From a virus, in the IMG/VR virus record IMGVR_UViG_3300045256_000753, positions 1 to 64,000 of that record: DNA of 64,000 nt, one strand, 5' to 3'. Within the stretch, counting starts at the first letter, position 1; the number at the start of each line of letters is the position of its first letter. Shown here in pieces: positions 9,100 through 16,880 of the stretch. A model generated the notes under the pieces. That model searched no databases. It was not told the origin of the DNA and was given only the letters and a program-made list of their open reading frames with translations. Position numbers and translations under genes: made by a program.

Positions 9100-9708
9100 T
9101 CACCAGAACGAAAAGTAAAGCGCCGCTTCCGGATTCGAACGCCACGTACCCCATGCGAGAGCGTACCCAGCGTAGAGACCGAAGTTCTTGGTCACGTCGA
9201 AACCAAGACCGCCTCCGAATGATCGGACGCCAACGTAAGCGTTGAGGTTGAAATATCGAAAGAAGTAAAACGGCTCGAACATCAATCCAGCATCGAGGCC
9301 GCGTCCAGCGTCTTTTTCTTCGAGGGCTTCGACCGGAAGATATCCGACCGCCGCCTTGAGTCGAAAGCGGAAACCCCACGTCGGCGGAACTTCCCGCGCG
9401 ACTTGCAGCTTCACGTTCGCATTCGCGTCGATGTGGTAGTTGCACCAATCGACGTGCATCTTGTACGGCTTCGGATCGTTGCCCGATCCGTAGACCCGCC
9501 CGTCCTTGTCCACGACGATGACCACGGGGTCGAGCGCGAACGTCGGCGGATTCTCCGACCGGCACTTCTGATCTTTCAGAAGCTGGACGAAGACTTTCAC
9601 GTCTTCTGCCGGCACGCAGGTCGCGCCCGCCTCGCAGGTGCCCTGAGCGAGTGCTGGCCGGGCCAGGAACATGCTGAGAAGAGCGAGGAAGGCGAGAACG
9701 CGCTTCAC
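9100..9708 (-). CDS. Exported protein with C-terminal outer-membrane beta-strand region
   Basis: Sec signal MKRVLAFLALLSMFLARPALA; four Cys in the N-terminal half; alternating-hydrophobic strands in the C-terminal half ending ALYFSFW. Confidence 0.75.
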   Translation of the reverse strand: MKRVLAFLALLSMFLARPALAQGTCEAGATCVPAEDVKVFVQLLKDQKCRSENPPTFALDPVVIVVDKDGRVYGSGNDPKPYKMHVDWCNYHIDANANVKLQVAREVPPTWGFRFRLKAAVGYLPVEALEEKDAGRGLDAGLMFEPFYFFRYFNLNAYVGVRSFGGGLGFDVTKNFGLYAGYALAWGTWRSNPEAALYFSFW

Positions 9709-9992
9709 CGGAAGTTCCTCACCATGTGATCCATGTCCTTGAGGAGATGGTCGATCTGGTCGTCGATGTCGTCGAGTTGGTCGGCGAAGTGCTGAATCAT
9801 CTGCGCATTCTTTTTCGCATCGTGATCGGACATGTGCTTCGTCATCATGTCCATCTCTTTGGAGAGACCGTGAAGGACGGCTTTCGCCTGCTCGATCTGG
9901 CGGTCGCCGCCCTTGATGTACTGCTCCGCGTCCTTCAAACGGCTCGCGGGGCCCATGGCGACAACGGTGCGGCGGTCGTAGGAGTAGCTCAT
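9705..9992 (-). CDS. Small helical protein with N-terminal YSYDRR leader
   Basis: MSYSYDRRTVVA... followed by a coiled-coil-like body; 4-nt overlaps with both neighbours. Confidence 0.85.
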   Translation of the reverse strand: MSYSYDRRTVVAMGPASRLKDAEQYIKGGDRQIEQAKAVLHGLSKEMDMMTKHMSDHDAKKNAQMIQHFADQLDDIDDQIDHLLKDMDHMVRNFR

Positions 9993-10267
9993 TTCATCGA
10001 CGCCTTTCCAACAGCTTCGAGCAGCTTGTAGAACTCGGACGACATGCCCATCGCCTTCTCGATGTGCTTGAGCGCTTCCTCGTAAGCCTTCTTGGTCGCA
10101 CCATCGACCAGACCCGCGTGAATGGCATCGTGGAGATCGGTACGCACGTCCCAGTGCAGCGTGTACGCGGCGTCGAGATGGTTGCGAAGATCGGCAAGCC
10201 CTTTCTTCGCGTCCCCCACCGTGTCGGCGACGCGGCGATCGTACGAGTAGCGATCACTTGAAGACAT
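9989..10267 (-). CDS. Small helical protein with N-terminal YSYDRR leader
   Basis: Start moved to ATG 10267 (MSSSDRYSYDRRVA...) with GGAGG upstream; overlaps the previous gene end. Confidence 0.8.
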   Translation of the reverse strand: MSSSDRYSYDRRVADTVGDAKKGLADLRNHLDAAYTLHWDVRTDLHDAIHAGLVDGATKKAYEEALKHIEKAMGMSSEFYKLLEAVGKASMK

Positions 10268-10505
10268 GGCTGCCTCCCGGCTTGTGGCCCCACGTGCCGG
10301 TCTTCGGGTCGAAGCCGATGTTGAACGGACGAAGGCCCTCTTCGATGTGCTTCGCAAGATGGAGCTGGCTCGTCTCGGTCGGCATCGCCCAGCCGCTGCT
10401 CTTGCCGTACATCACGACCTGGTTTGCGATGTAGCCCGCGTCGAGGACGTCATCCTCGTACCGGTTCGGGGCAGCCCCGATCTTGCTACGATCGTACGAG
10501 TACAT
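10254..10505 (-). CDS. Small protein with N-terminal YSYDRS leader
   Basis: MYSYDRSKIGAA...; starts 1 nt after the upstream stop. Confidence 0.8.
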   Translation of the reverse strand: MYSYDRSKIGAAPNRYEDDVLDAGYIANQVVMYGKSSGWAMPTETSQLHLAKHIEEGLRPFNIGFDPKTGTWGHKPGGSHVFK

Positions 10506-10506
10506 C

Positions 10507-11070
10507 TCAACCCCCGTATTTCTTCAAAAGATCATCCACGGTCTGCGCCGGGATCTTCGAATCGTCCTTCACGGTCACGGCGATGACGCTCGGCTTGACG
10601 ATGACCACGGTATCCACGTCCTTCGCCTTCACTCCGTCCGGGAGTTGCACTTCGACCGGTTTGTCTGCGCCGGGCGGCGTGAAGGTCACGGTGTCCGGGT
10701 TCGAGAAGAGCCCGGGCTCGTCGATGGGAACGACTTGGGCTTGGACGTCGCCCTTCGAGTCGGGTTGTCCGATCGGAATGATCTTGCCATCCTTGTCCAC
10801 CCGCCCCTCGGGCACCGTGTTGGCGATGTCGATCGCCTTGTGCTCTGGATCCTTCTTGCCGAAGAGCTTGCCGAGCAGACCCCCAATCTGGAGTTCCTTC
10901 CAGCCAATCGCCACGAGCAGCACTGCCACGATGACGATGACCAAGGCCACCCCCGGTGCGACCAGCTTGGTGCCGATCCAACGGAGGATGGTCTTGATGT
11001 GCTCCCAAACCGTCGCCCAGAAGCCCGGGCCTTGCGGTTGCGGAGCCGGTTCGGGAGTCTGATCGGGCAT
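10507..11070 (-). CDS. Membrane-anchored protein with extracytoplasmic domain (candidate inner spanin-like)
   Basis: Start at ATG 11070 by TGATG coupling to the holin stop (MPDQTPEP...). One strong TM segment VAPGVALVIVIVAVLLVAIGW then a soluble beta-rich domain. Confidence 0.7.
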   Translation of the reverse strand: MPDQTPEPAPQPQGPGFWATVWEHIKTILRWIGTKLVAPGVALVIVIVAVLLVAIGWKELQIGGLLGKLFGKKDPEHKAIDIANTVPEGRVDKDGKIIPIGQPDSKGDVQAQVVPIDEPGLFSNPDTVTFTPPGADKPVEVQLPDGVKAKDVDTVVIVKPSVIAVTVKDDSKIPAQTVDDLLKKYGG

Positions 11071-11522
11071 CACTTCCCCTGAGCTTCGTCGGGCGGAAGT
11101 TCCTCGGCCTTGCCTGCGGCTGCCGGAGGCGGGGGATCCGAAGTCTTGCCGCCGAGGCGCTGAGCGATCTTCGACGCCATCGCCGATTGGCTGTCGGCCG
11201 CGATGTTCAACCAGGCGCGGAAGCGACCGTAAACCCAACCGCTCGCGCCGCCACAAATGAGGCCGTAGAACATGCGCGCCGCACCCGACTCGCCGAGCGG
11301 CTCGGGCCACGGGAATTTCTTGGCCACGAGAGCAATGATGAGGCCGGTTCCGATCGGTCCGAGATGCAGACCCAGCTCGTTCCAGAGAACGTTCTGCTTG
11401 GCACCCTTCCAGAAGGCCTCCACGATCGTCCGAACGACATACGTCAGCATGTAGACCCCGAGGCAGAACAGAGCTGTCTGCCACGTGGCGAAAATCTCGA
11501 AAGCCTTGTCGAACGACGGCAT
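11070..11522 (-). CDS. Holin-like membrane protein
   Basis: Start ATG 11522 (MPSFDKAF) with GAGGTGA upstream; three hydrophobic segments and a charged C-terminal tail; 150 aa; follows the tail genes. Confidence 0.6.
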   Translation of the reverse strand: MPSFDKAFEIFATWQTALFCLGVYMLTYVVRTIVEAFWKGAKQNVLWNELGLHLGPIGTGLIIALVAKKFPWPEPLGESGAARMFYGLICGGASGWVYGRFRAWLNIAADSQSAMASKIAQRLGGKTSDPPPPAAAGKAEELPPDEAQGK

Positions 11523-11549
11523 TTCACTCACCTCTGTGGGTGTCCGCCG

Positions 11550-11559
11550 ATAAGAAGAA
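11550..11559 (-). promoter_or_regulatory. Candidate late promoter TTCTTCTTAT upstream of the holin
   Basis: Identical 10-mer at 28754-28763; 27 nt from the start codon. Confidence 0.55.
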
Positions 11560-11568
11560 GCGCGGCTG

Positions 11569-11913
11569 TTACCTACGGCGCTTCTTCTTGGGGGCCTCAA
11601 CGGGAGGCTCTTCCTGAGACTCTTCCGGAGCTGGCTCGTCCTTGGGGGCTTCGAGCATGGGCAAGTCGATCGACGGACCCGGAAGCGCCTTGAGGTCGGC
11701 GAGGAGCGGAGAGGGCTGACGAGGGGTCTCGACCGGAAGGAGGCCCGCTTCCCAACGGTCGATCTTCTCGGCCTGCTCTTGGAGGAGCTTGGCCTGGTCT
11801 GCCGTCATGAAGGGGTTGGCCAAGTGGCTGCGGAGACGCTCACGTGCCCGTCCCGCAGCCTGTTGGCGCTGTTCCGGAGAGAGATCGAGGTAGGTCAGAT
11901 GTCCGACGCCCAT
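11569..11913 (-). CDS. Hypothetical protein
   Basis: 114-aa ORF starting 1 nt after the upstream stop; Pro/Glu-rich tail ending KKKRRR. Confidence 0.7.
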   Translation of the reverse strand: MGVGHLTYLDLSPEQRQQAAGRARERLRSHLANPFMTADQAKLLQEQAEKIDRWEAGLLPVETPRQPSPLLADLKALPGPSIDLPMLEAPKDEPAPEESQEEPPVEAPKKKRRR

Positions 11914-11914
11914 G

Positions 11915-14900
11915 TCAGGTCACCCGGTTGGAAAGGGGAATCGAGTTCGGGTCGATGATCATCCGGATGTTGTCGTTGACGAGCGGGTGACCTTCGATGC
12001 GGTAGAGATCCGCCGCCGCATAGCCCTCGTTGGAACCGTTCGTTCCGATGAAGACGCTGCCGCTGTGCGCCGACGTGTCCTTGAGCATTTGGACAGTCGT
12101 GATGATGAGCATCATCAACTCGCCACCGGCCGAAACCTCCGTCGAGCCGACGTTCGTCACCGCGTTGCGAACGAGGTACGCGCGACCTTCGACGACGTTT
12201 GTGTGACCCGCCGCCGCTTGCACGCTCGGCTGCACGCACCCGACCTCACCGCCCGGGTGGGCGCCGTTGGCCGTGAACGCGGAGCCGCCGCGATTCGTGC
12301 GGAAGTTGACGAGTAGGGCGTAGTTCCCTTGCTCGCCATCGACGTGCACGATTGCATCGCCGGGGGCGCCGCTGGCGGTCGTCGAGGTGTCGAGGAGAAG
12401 CTCGTTCTGCTCGATCGACTTCGTGACCGCGAGGTTGCCCGCGATGCCGATCCCGTTTCCGTTGAGGAAGATGAGCGGGGCTCGCGAGCCTTCGCCCGAT
12501 CCGAGGAGGTTGCCTCGGAAGTCCTTGTCACGGAAGAGCGCACCCATGGGCAGCCGCTCCGTGCACCCGAGGTACTCCGTGCCGATCTCGTTGGCGTCGG
12601 CCGTTGCGAAGTTGCCCGGGAGGGTCTTCGGACGGGGAGCGACACCCGAAACGGGCGGGTACGCTGTCGGATCCTCGTAGCCAACATCTCGGAGGTCGAG
12701 TTGCTGCGTCGGATCCACATCGCCCGCGTAGCGGCCGGTGCCGAGCGTCGTCGCGAACCCAACCGAAGCGAGAACCTCCAGCACCTTCTGGTTCGGGCGC
12801 GTGAGGGCCGATTGGTTGAGGCTCGTCGAGGTGATCTGGAACGCCGTTCCGGAGAGCAGCGGACCAGGCTCGTACGGGATGTCGATGTAGTTCGTCTGGC
12901 TGCCCCACGCATCGCCCTGGTACGGCGTGCGCGAGTAGTTCACGACGATCTGATCGGAGTTCGTAGCCGGGCCCGGAACGACTCCGGTCGGGCCTGTGAT
13001 GACCACTCCGAGGTTGTTCGCACGAACGATGGTGTCTGCGGCCTGGTTGCGCATGAGCGTCGGCGACGTCGGGCGCGTGAGGACGAGACGGAACTCCTTC
13101 GTGATGTCGAAGCTTCCACGGTCGAAGCCGAAGATCGAAGCCTCGATGACGTAGTTGCCCGATGCGAAGGAAGCGATCGGGTTGACCGTCGAGCGCGTGA
13201 GGTCGATGGCTTTCGAGTTCAGGATGAACGTCGAGTCGCCGTCGTCATCGATCTCCACCCACATGACCGGACCATCGGCCGGATCCATGTTCTGCCGGAG
13301 GAGATTCTTCGCGCCGCCGCCCGTGGGGTTGCGGGTCGTGGCGTCGTAGGCCGAACCGTTCACCTTGTAGTCGTTGGCCTCGTACACTGCGAAGAGGCGA
13401 GCGACACCGTAGAACGGCGGAAGCTCCAGACCCGTTCGACCAAGGCCGCGCGAGTCCGTGAAGAACCGCATGCCGCCGTAGTTCTTGCCACCGAAGGTGA
13501 TCTCGGTGTTGTACGTGGCGGGGTTCGTGCCCGGGGGGTTGAAGTCGAGGGTCGTGAATGCGGCGTACGTGAGCGAACCGTTCGCGTACGGCACGTAGTT
13601 CTTGTCCCCATCGGCGAACGGCGGAGCGCCCTTCTTCGAGAGAGACATGTAGTTGACGCCCTCGGAGAAGACCGTGCTGTCGGCCGGCAGGATCGGAACG
13701 TTGAGTTCGCCCCATCCCGGAGAGAGATGGCGCGGCAACGTCACGTAGATGTTCTTCGTCGCGGCTTGCGCTTCCGTCGTGCCCGAGAAGAGTTGGAGCG
13801 GGTCGGTCGTCGTCCACTTGACCGTGGTGCCGTCCGGCTTGTTGAGCGGCATCAGGCCTTGTGCGTGCGCGATGCTGTAGGTGAGGTTCGTCGCCGGCGG
13901 AGCTGCGCCGCCGAAGATCGAGCGTTCGACGGTGAGCGTCGTCACGCCCACGGTGAGCACCGTGTATCGACCCGGAGCGAATCCGTTCGTGATGGTGAGA
14001 GCGTCACCCGGGGTCACGCCGGCCGCGCCGAAGTTGACCGTGGTGTCCGTGAACGTGGTCGAGCCGTTTGCTTGACCTTGGGTACCCGTCATCACGTTTG
14101 CGGTGCGCGGGTTCGCAGCGGTGCCGTCGATCGTACGGATCTCGGTCGGCCACGTCACGCGGCGGAACGGGGTGACGACGAGGGTCTTGCTGCCGAGGTC
14201 GGCAAACATCTCGGAGGTGGAGGGCACGAGACGCTTGTACGTCGTGCTTCGGAAGCGGCTCCAAAGGAGCGCCCAGTTAACGCGGGTCCCTTGGTTGTTC
14301 GAAGGAATGCCCGACGACTGGACGAGAAGCTCCGTCGAGGGGTTGATGAACGCGACCGAGTGGATCGAGTCCGGACGACGCGAGAGACCTCGGCCGGGCC
14401 CGTACATCACGTTGAGGCTGATGAAGAGCTGCTTCGACGTGACCGGGAAGTTCGCACCGAGGGTGATCGTGAGATCGTCGGTCGAAGCGGGGTTGGCCGG
14501 GGTGACCGTGTACATCGTGGACGGGAGCGGCTGGCTCTCGCCATCGAGACGGATCGTCACCGCGCCCGACACGCCATCGTTCAACCAGCGAACCTGATCG
14601 GCGTCGCCGCCCGGGAGACCCGACTTGAGCTGGGCCACCGGAACGACGATGACATCGGTCGGGCTGAATTGGTTGTTGCTCGAACGAACCGTGTGGTTCG
14701 CCGTGAGCTGTAGCGACCACGGGACGTTGATCGGCGCCGGAAGGGCGACTGAGTTCGCTTTCACGATGACATCGACGCTTTGGACGGTCGCTGCATCCGA
14801 GAAGGCGAGGCGAATGTTGTCCGGAGCATCGAGCTTCGTGACGCCGAGCGCGACGGAGCCTGCCGCGATCTTGTCCTGGTACGGAACGAACGGACCCTGG

Positions 14901-16258
14901 GGTCCCGCGCCCGTGCGCTTCCAGTTGGCGCGAAGCTGACCGCGAAGGACGCGATCGAGGTTCTCGCGGAGAAGCGCCGTGTAGTCGAACCCGTTGGGGT
15001 TGACGAGGTGACGAAGATCGAGGACGTCCGTCTTGGCGATCTGGTCGGAATACAGACCATCGGGGCGACCCGAGATGACCTTCACCGTTGCGCCCGCCTT
15101 GTGGAACTCGGCGCGGGTGCCGTTGGTTCCGCGAACGAGGCCCGTGATCATCGGAGGAACGCCGGTCGTGACGGCCGTGTACGTCATCAACTCGTCGCCG
15201 ATCTGAATGAGGACCGGGCTTGCGGGGCTGATGGGGAGCGGGATGTTCAACGCCGAGACGAGCTGTGCCGAAACCGCCACCGACGAAAGGTCGGCTGCGA
15301 GCGTCGCCGTCGTGGAGAACGTCTTGATGCCCGTGCGATCGACTGCCGTGGGGTTGCGGTTGAAGCCGCCGTTGAGGTTCTGGCTGGGATCGCCGTTCCA
15401 GGAGATGCTGTTTCGGCGGAAGACTGCCGCGATCGGGATCGCGTACGAGAACCCATCGACGGTGCCGAGCGCCGCTTGGGCGGTGTTCGAGCCGTCACCC
15501 GCGCGCCAAAGCCCGGCGTCGCCGAGAGCCTGTCGCATGTTGGTGAACGTGTAGCTCGTGGGGGCTCCCGCTGCGCCTTGCGCCTTGACGACGACCGGAT
15601 CGAAGCCGTCCGGGGCGCTCGTGAGGCCGACGAGACCCTTCACGACGCGAATGCGGTACTGGAGTTGGACACGCTCACTCGTCTCGAAGCCGAGAGCCGG
15701 ATCGATCAAGTCATCCGGAATGAACGTGTAGCCGCCTTCGACGTTGCCGTAGCGCCACACGGCGCTGGCTGCCGGCTTGTTGAGCGCGGACGGGTTCGGC
15801 GGGATGCGGGCAAGCCACGCCTCCAAGAACACGTAGTCGATGCGGAAGTCGCCCGAGTTCGCCGGAGGCGGGTCGAGCGCGATGACGTTGTATGTGTCCG
15901 CGTCGTCGGGGCTGCCGGGCGGGGTGCCCGTGCGCGTGCCAGTGACCGGAATCAGCCACCCGTTGACCACGGCCCACATGACAGCTTTTTGCTCACCCGT
16001 GCGCTGCGGGCCGAACTTCATCCAGTTCGACCAGATCGGGCTCGTGATGAAGTCCGCGCTCGGATTTGTCTCGTTGCCGAGAAAACCCGAGGGGCTTCCA
16101 CGAAGCACGATGCGACGGGAGAAATCCGTCGCCAGCTCTTGCAGGAGGTTGAACTCCGCATCCAACGGGGGCTTTCCCTGCTGGAGGATTGTGAGCGTGT
16201 ATGCTGTCCCGTTGGGGTCGAGGACGCGGGAGACGCCACTACCGAGATTCTCACCCAT
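11915..16258 (-). CDS. Large virion (baseplate/fibre-attachment) protein, 1447 aa; paralog of 25455..28055
   Basis: N-terminal QQGKPPLDAEFNLLQ motif typical of phage baseplate/fibre proteins; shares ETxxRVQxQYRxRV, GLWxAGDG, LGTVDGFxYAIP, VFRRN and RPDGL blocks with 25455..28055. Confidence 0.8.
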   Translation of the reverse strand: MGENLGSGVSRVLDPNGTAYTLTILQQGKPPLDAEFNLLQELATDFSRRIVLRGSPSGFLGNETNPSADFITSPIWSNWMKFGPQRTGEQKAVMWAVVNGWLIPVTGTRTGTPPGSPDDADTYNVIALDPPPANSGDFRIDYVFLEAWLARIPPNPSALNKPAASAVWRYGNVEGGYTFIPDDLIDPALGFETSERVQLQYRIRVVKGLVGLTSAPDGFDPVVVKAQGAAGAPTSYTFTNMRQALGDAGLWRAGDGSNTAQAALGTVDGFSYAIPIAAVFRRNSISWNGDPSQNLNGGFNRNPTAVDRTGIKTFSTTATLAADLSSVAVSAQLVSALNIPLPISPASPVLIQIGDELMTYTAVTTGVPPMITGLVRGTNGTRAEFHKAGATVKVISGRPDGLYSDQIAKTDVLDLRHLVNPNGFDYTALLRENLDRVLRGQLRANWKRTGAGPQGPFVPYQDKIAAGSVALGVTKLDAPDNIRLAFSDAATVQSVDVIVKANSVALPAPINVPWSLQLTANHTVRSSNNQFSPTDVIVVPVAQLKSGLPGGDADQVRWLNDGVSGAVTIRLDGESQPLPSTMYTVTPANPASTDDLTITLGANFPVTSKQLFISLNVMYGPGRGLSRRPDSIHSVAFINPSTELLVQSSGIPSNNQGTRVNWALLWSRFRSTTYKRLVPSTSEMFADLGSKTLVVTPFRRVTWPTEIRTIDGTAANPRTANVMTGTQGQANGSTTFTDTTVNFGAAGVTPGDALTITNGFAPGRYTVLTVGVTTLTVERSIFGGAAPPATNLTYSIAHAQGLMPLNKPDGTTVKWTTTDPLQLFSGTTEAQAATKNIYVTLPRHLSPGWGELNVPILPADSTVFSEGVNYMSLSKKGAPPFADGDKNYVPYANGSLTYAAFTTLDFNPPGTNPATYNTEITFGGKNYGGMRFFTDSRGLGRTGLELPPFYGVARLFAVYEANDYKVNGSAYDATTRNPTGGGAKNLLRQNMDPADGPVMWVEIDDDGDSTFILNSKAIDLTRSTVNPIASFASGNYVIEASIFGFDRGSFDITKEFRLVLTRPTSPTLMRNQAADTIVRANNLGVVITGPTGVVPGPATNSDQIVVNYSRTPYQGDAWGSQTNYIDIPYEPGPLLSGTAFQITSTSLNQSALTRPNQKVLEVLASVGFATTLGTGRYAGDVDPTQQLDLRDVGYEDPTAYPPVSGVAPRPKTLPGNFATADANEIGTEYLGCTERLPMGALFRDKDFRGNLLGSGEGSRAPLIFLNGNGIGIAGNLAVTKSIEQNELLLDTSTTASGAPGDAIVHVDGEQGNYALLVNFRTNRGGSAFTANGAHPGGEVGCVQPSVQAAAGHTNVVEGRAYLVRNAVTNVGSTEVSAGGELMMLIITTVQMLKDTSAHSGSVFIGTNGSNEGYAAADLYRIEGHPLVNDNIRMIIDPNSIPLSNRVT

Positions 16259-16326
16259 GTGATCTACATCCCTCGTCCTCGCCCGCTTATCAGTGTTTTA
16301 GAGAGGGTCGGGGTGTAAGAGCGCCC

Positions 16327-16647
16327 ATGGCGACGAGTAGCTGGTCCGAGGCAGGTCACCGGGTTTGCGCGGTTTTTTGTGGAACCGTGATCACCTTCAC
16401 GTGCGAGGCGCGGCTTCTCATCATTGAAAATGGCAGCACGCACTGGCAAACATGGCCGCTCTCGCAGTTGACGATCGGCGGCCCTTTCACGAATTCAGAG
16501 CGTCTGATTCGTACCTGGCTGGGTTTTTACCAGGACCCGCAGCTTCAGGATGCCGGCGCCGGCCTTCTCCAATTGATCCTGGGCAGCATCCCGGAAGCGC
16601 GCCCGCCGCAGCCTCCCCCGCCACCATCGAGCAAAAACCCGAACTAG
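16327..16647 (+). CDS. Hypothetical protein, accessory island
   Basis: ATG 16327 (MATSSWSEAGH...) 9 nt after a GGGTGTA motif; ends at TAG 16647. Confidence 0.6.
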   Translation: MATSSWSEAGHRVCAVFCGTVITFTCEARLLIIENGSTHWQTWPLSQLTIGGPFTNSERLIRTWLGFYQDPQLQDAGAGLLQLILGSIPEARPPQPPPPPSSKNPN

Positions 16648-16739
16648 GGGCCCCACTTCGACGGAAACGTCTTCGAAGCGATGATCGTGACCACGGTGAG
16701 GAGGCCCACCAATAGGATCGTGGGTAGCGTGCTCAACAT
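16644..16739 (-). CDS. 31-aa single-TM peptide (not in ORF track)
   Basis: Manual translation MLSTLPTILLVGLLTVVTIIASKTFPSKWGP*; stop shares CTAG with the convergent gene; GGGTGTA motif at 16783..16777 upstream. Confidence 0.5.
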   Translation of the reverse strand: MLSTLPTILLVGLLTVVTIIASKTFPSKWGP

Positions 16740-16880
16740 GGCCCAGACCCTTTCGCTTGCCGGTGACAGTCCCTAGTACACCCGGCAAACTGTAAGAAAA
16801 CCAAGCATGTAGGACATGTAGGTACAACTCATCTGTAGAAAAACGATTTGATCCGTGTCACCCTCGCCTGTATGGGGGAC

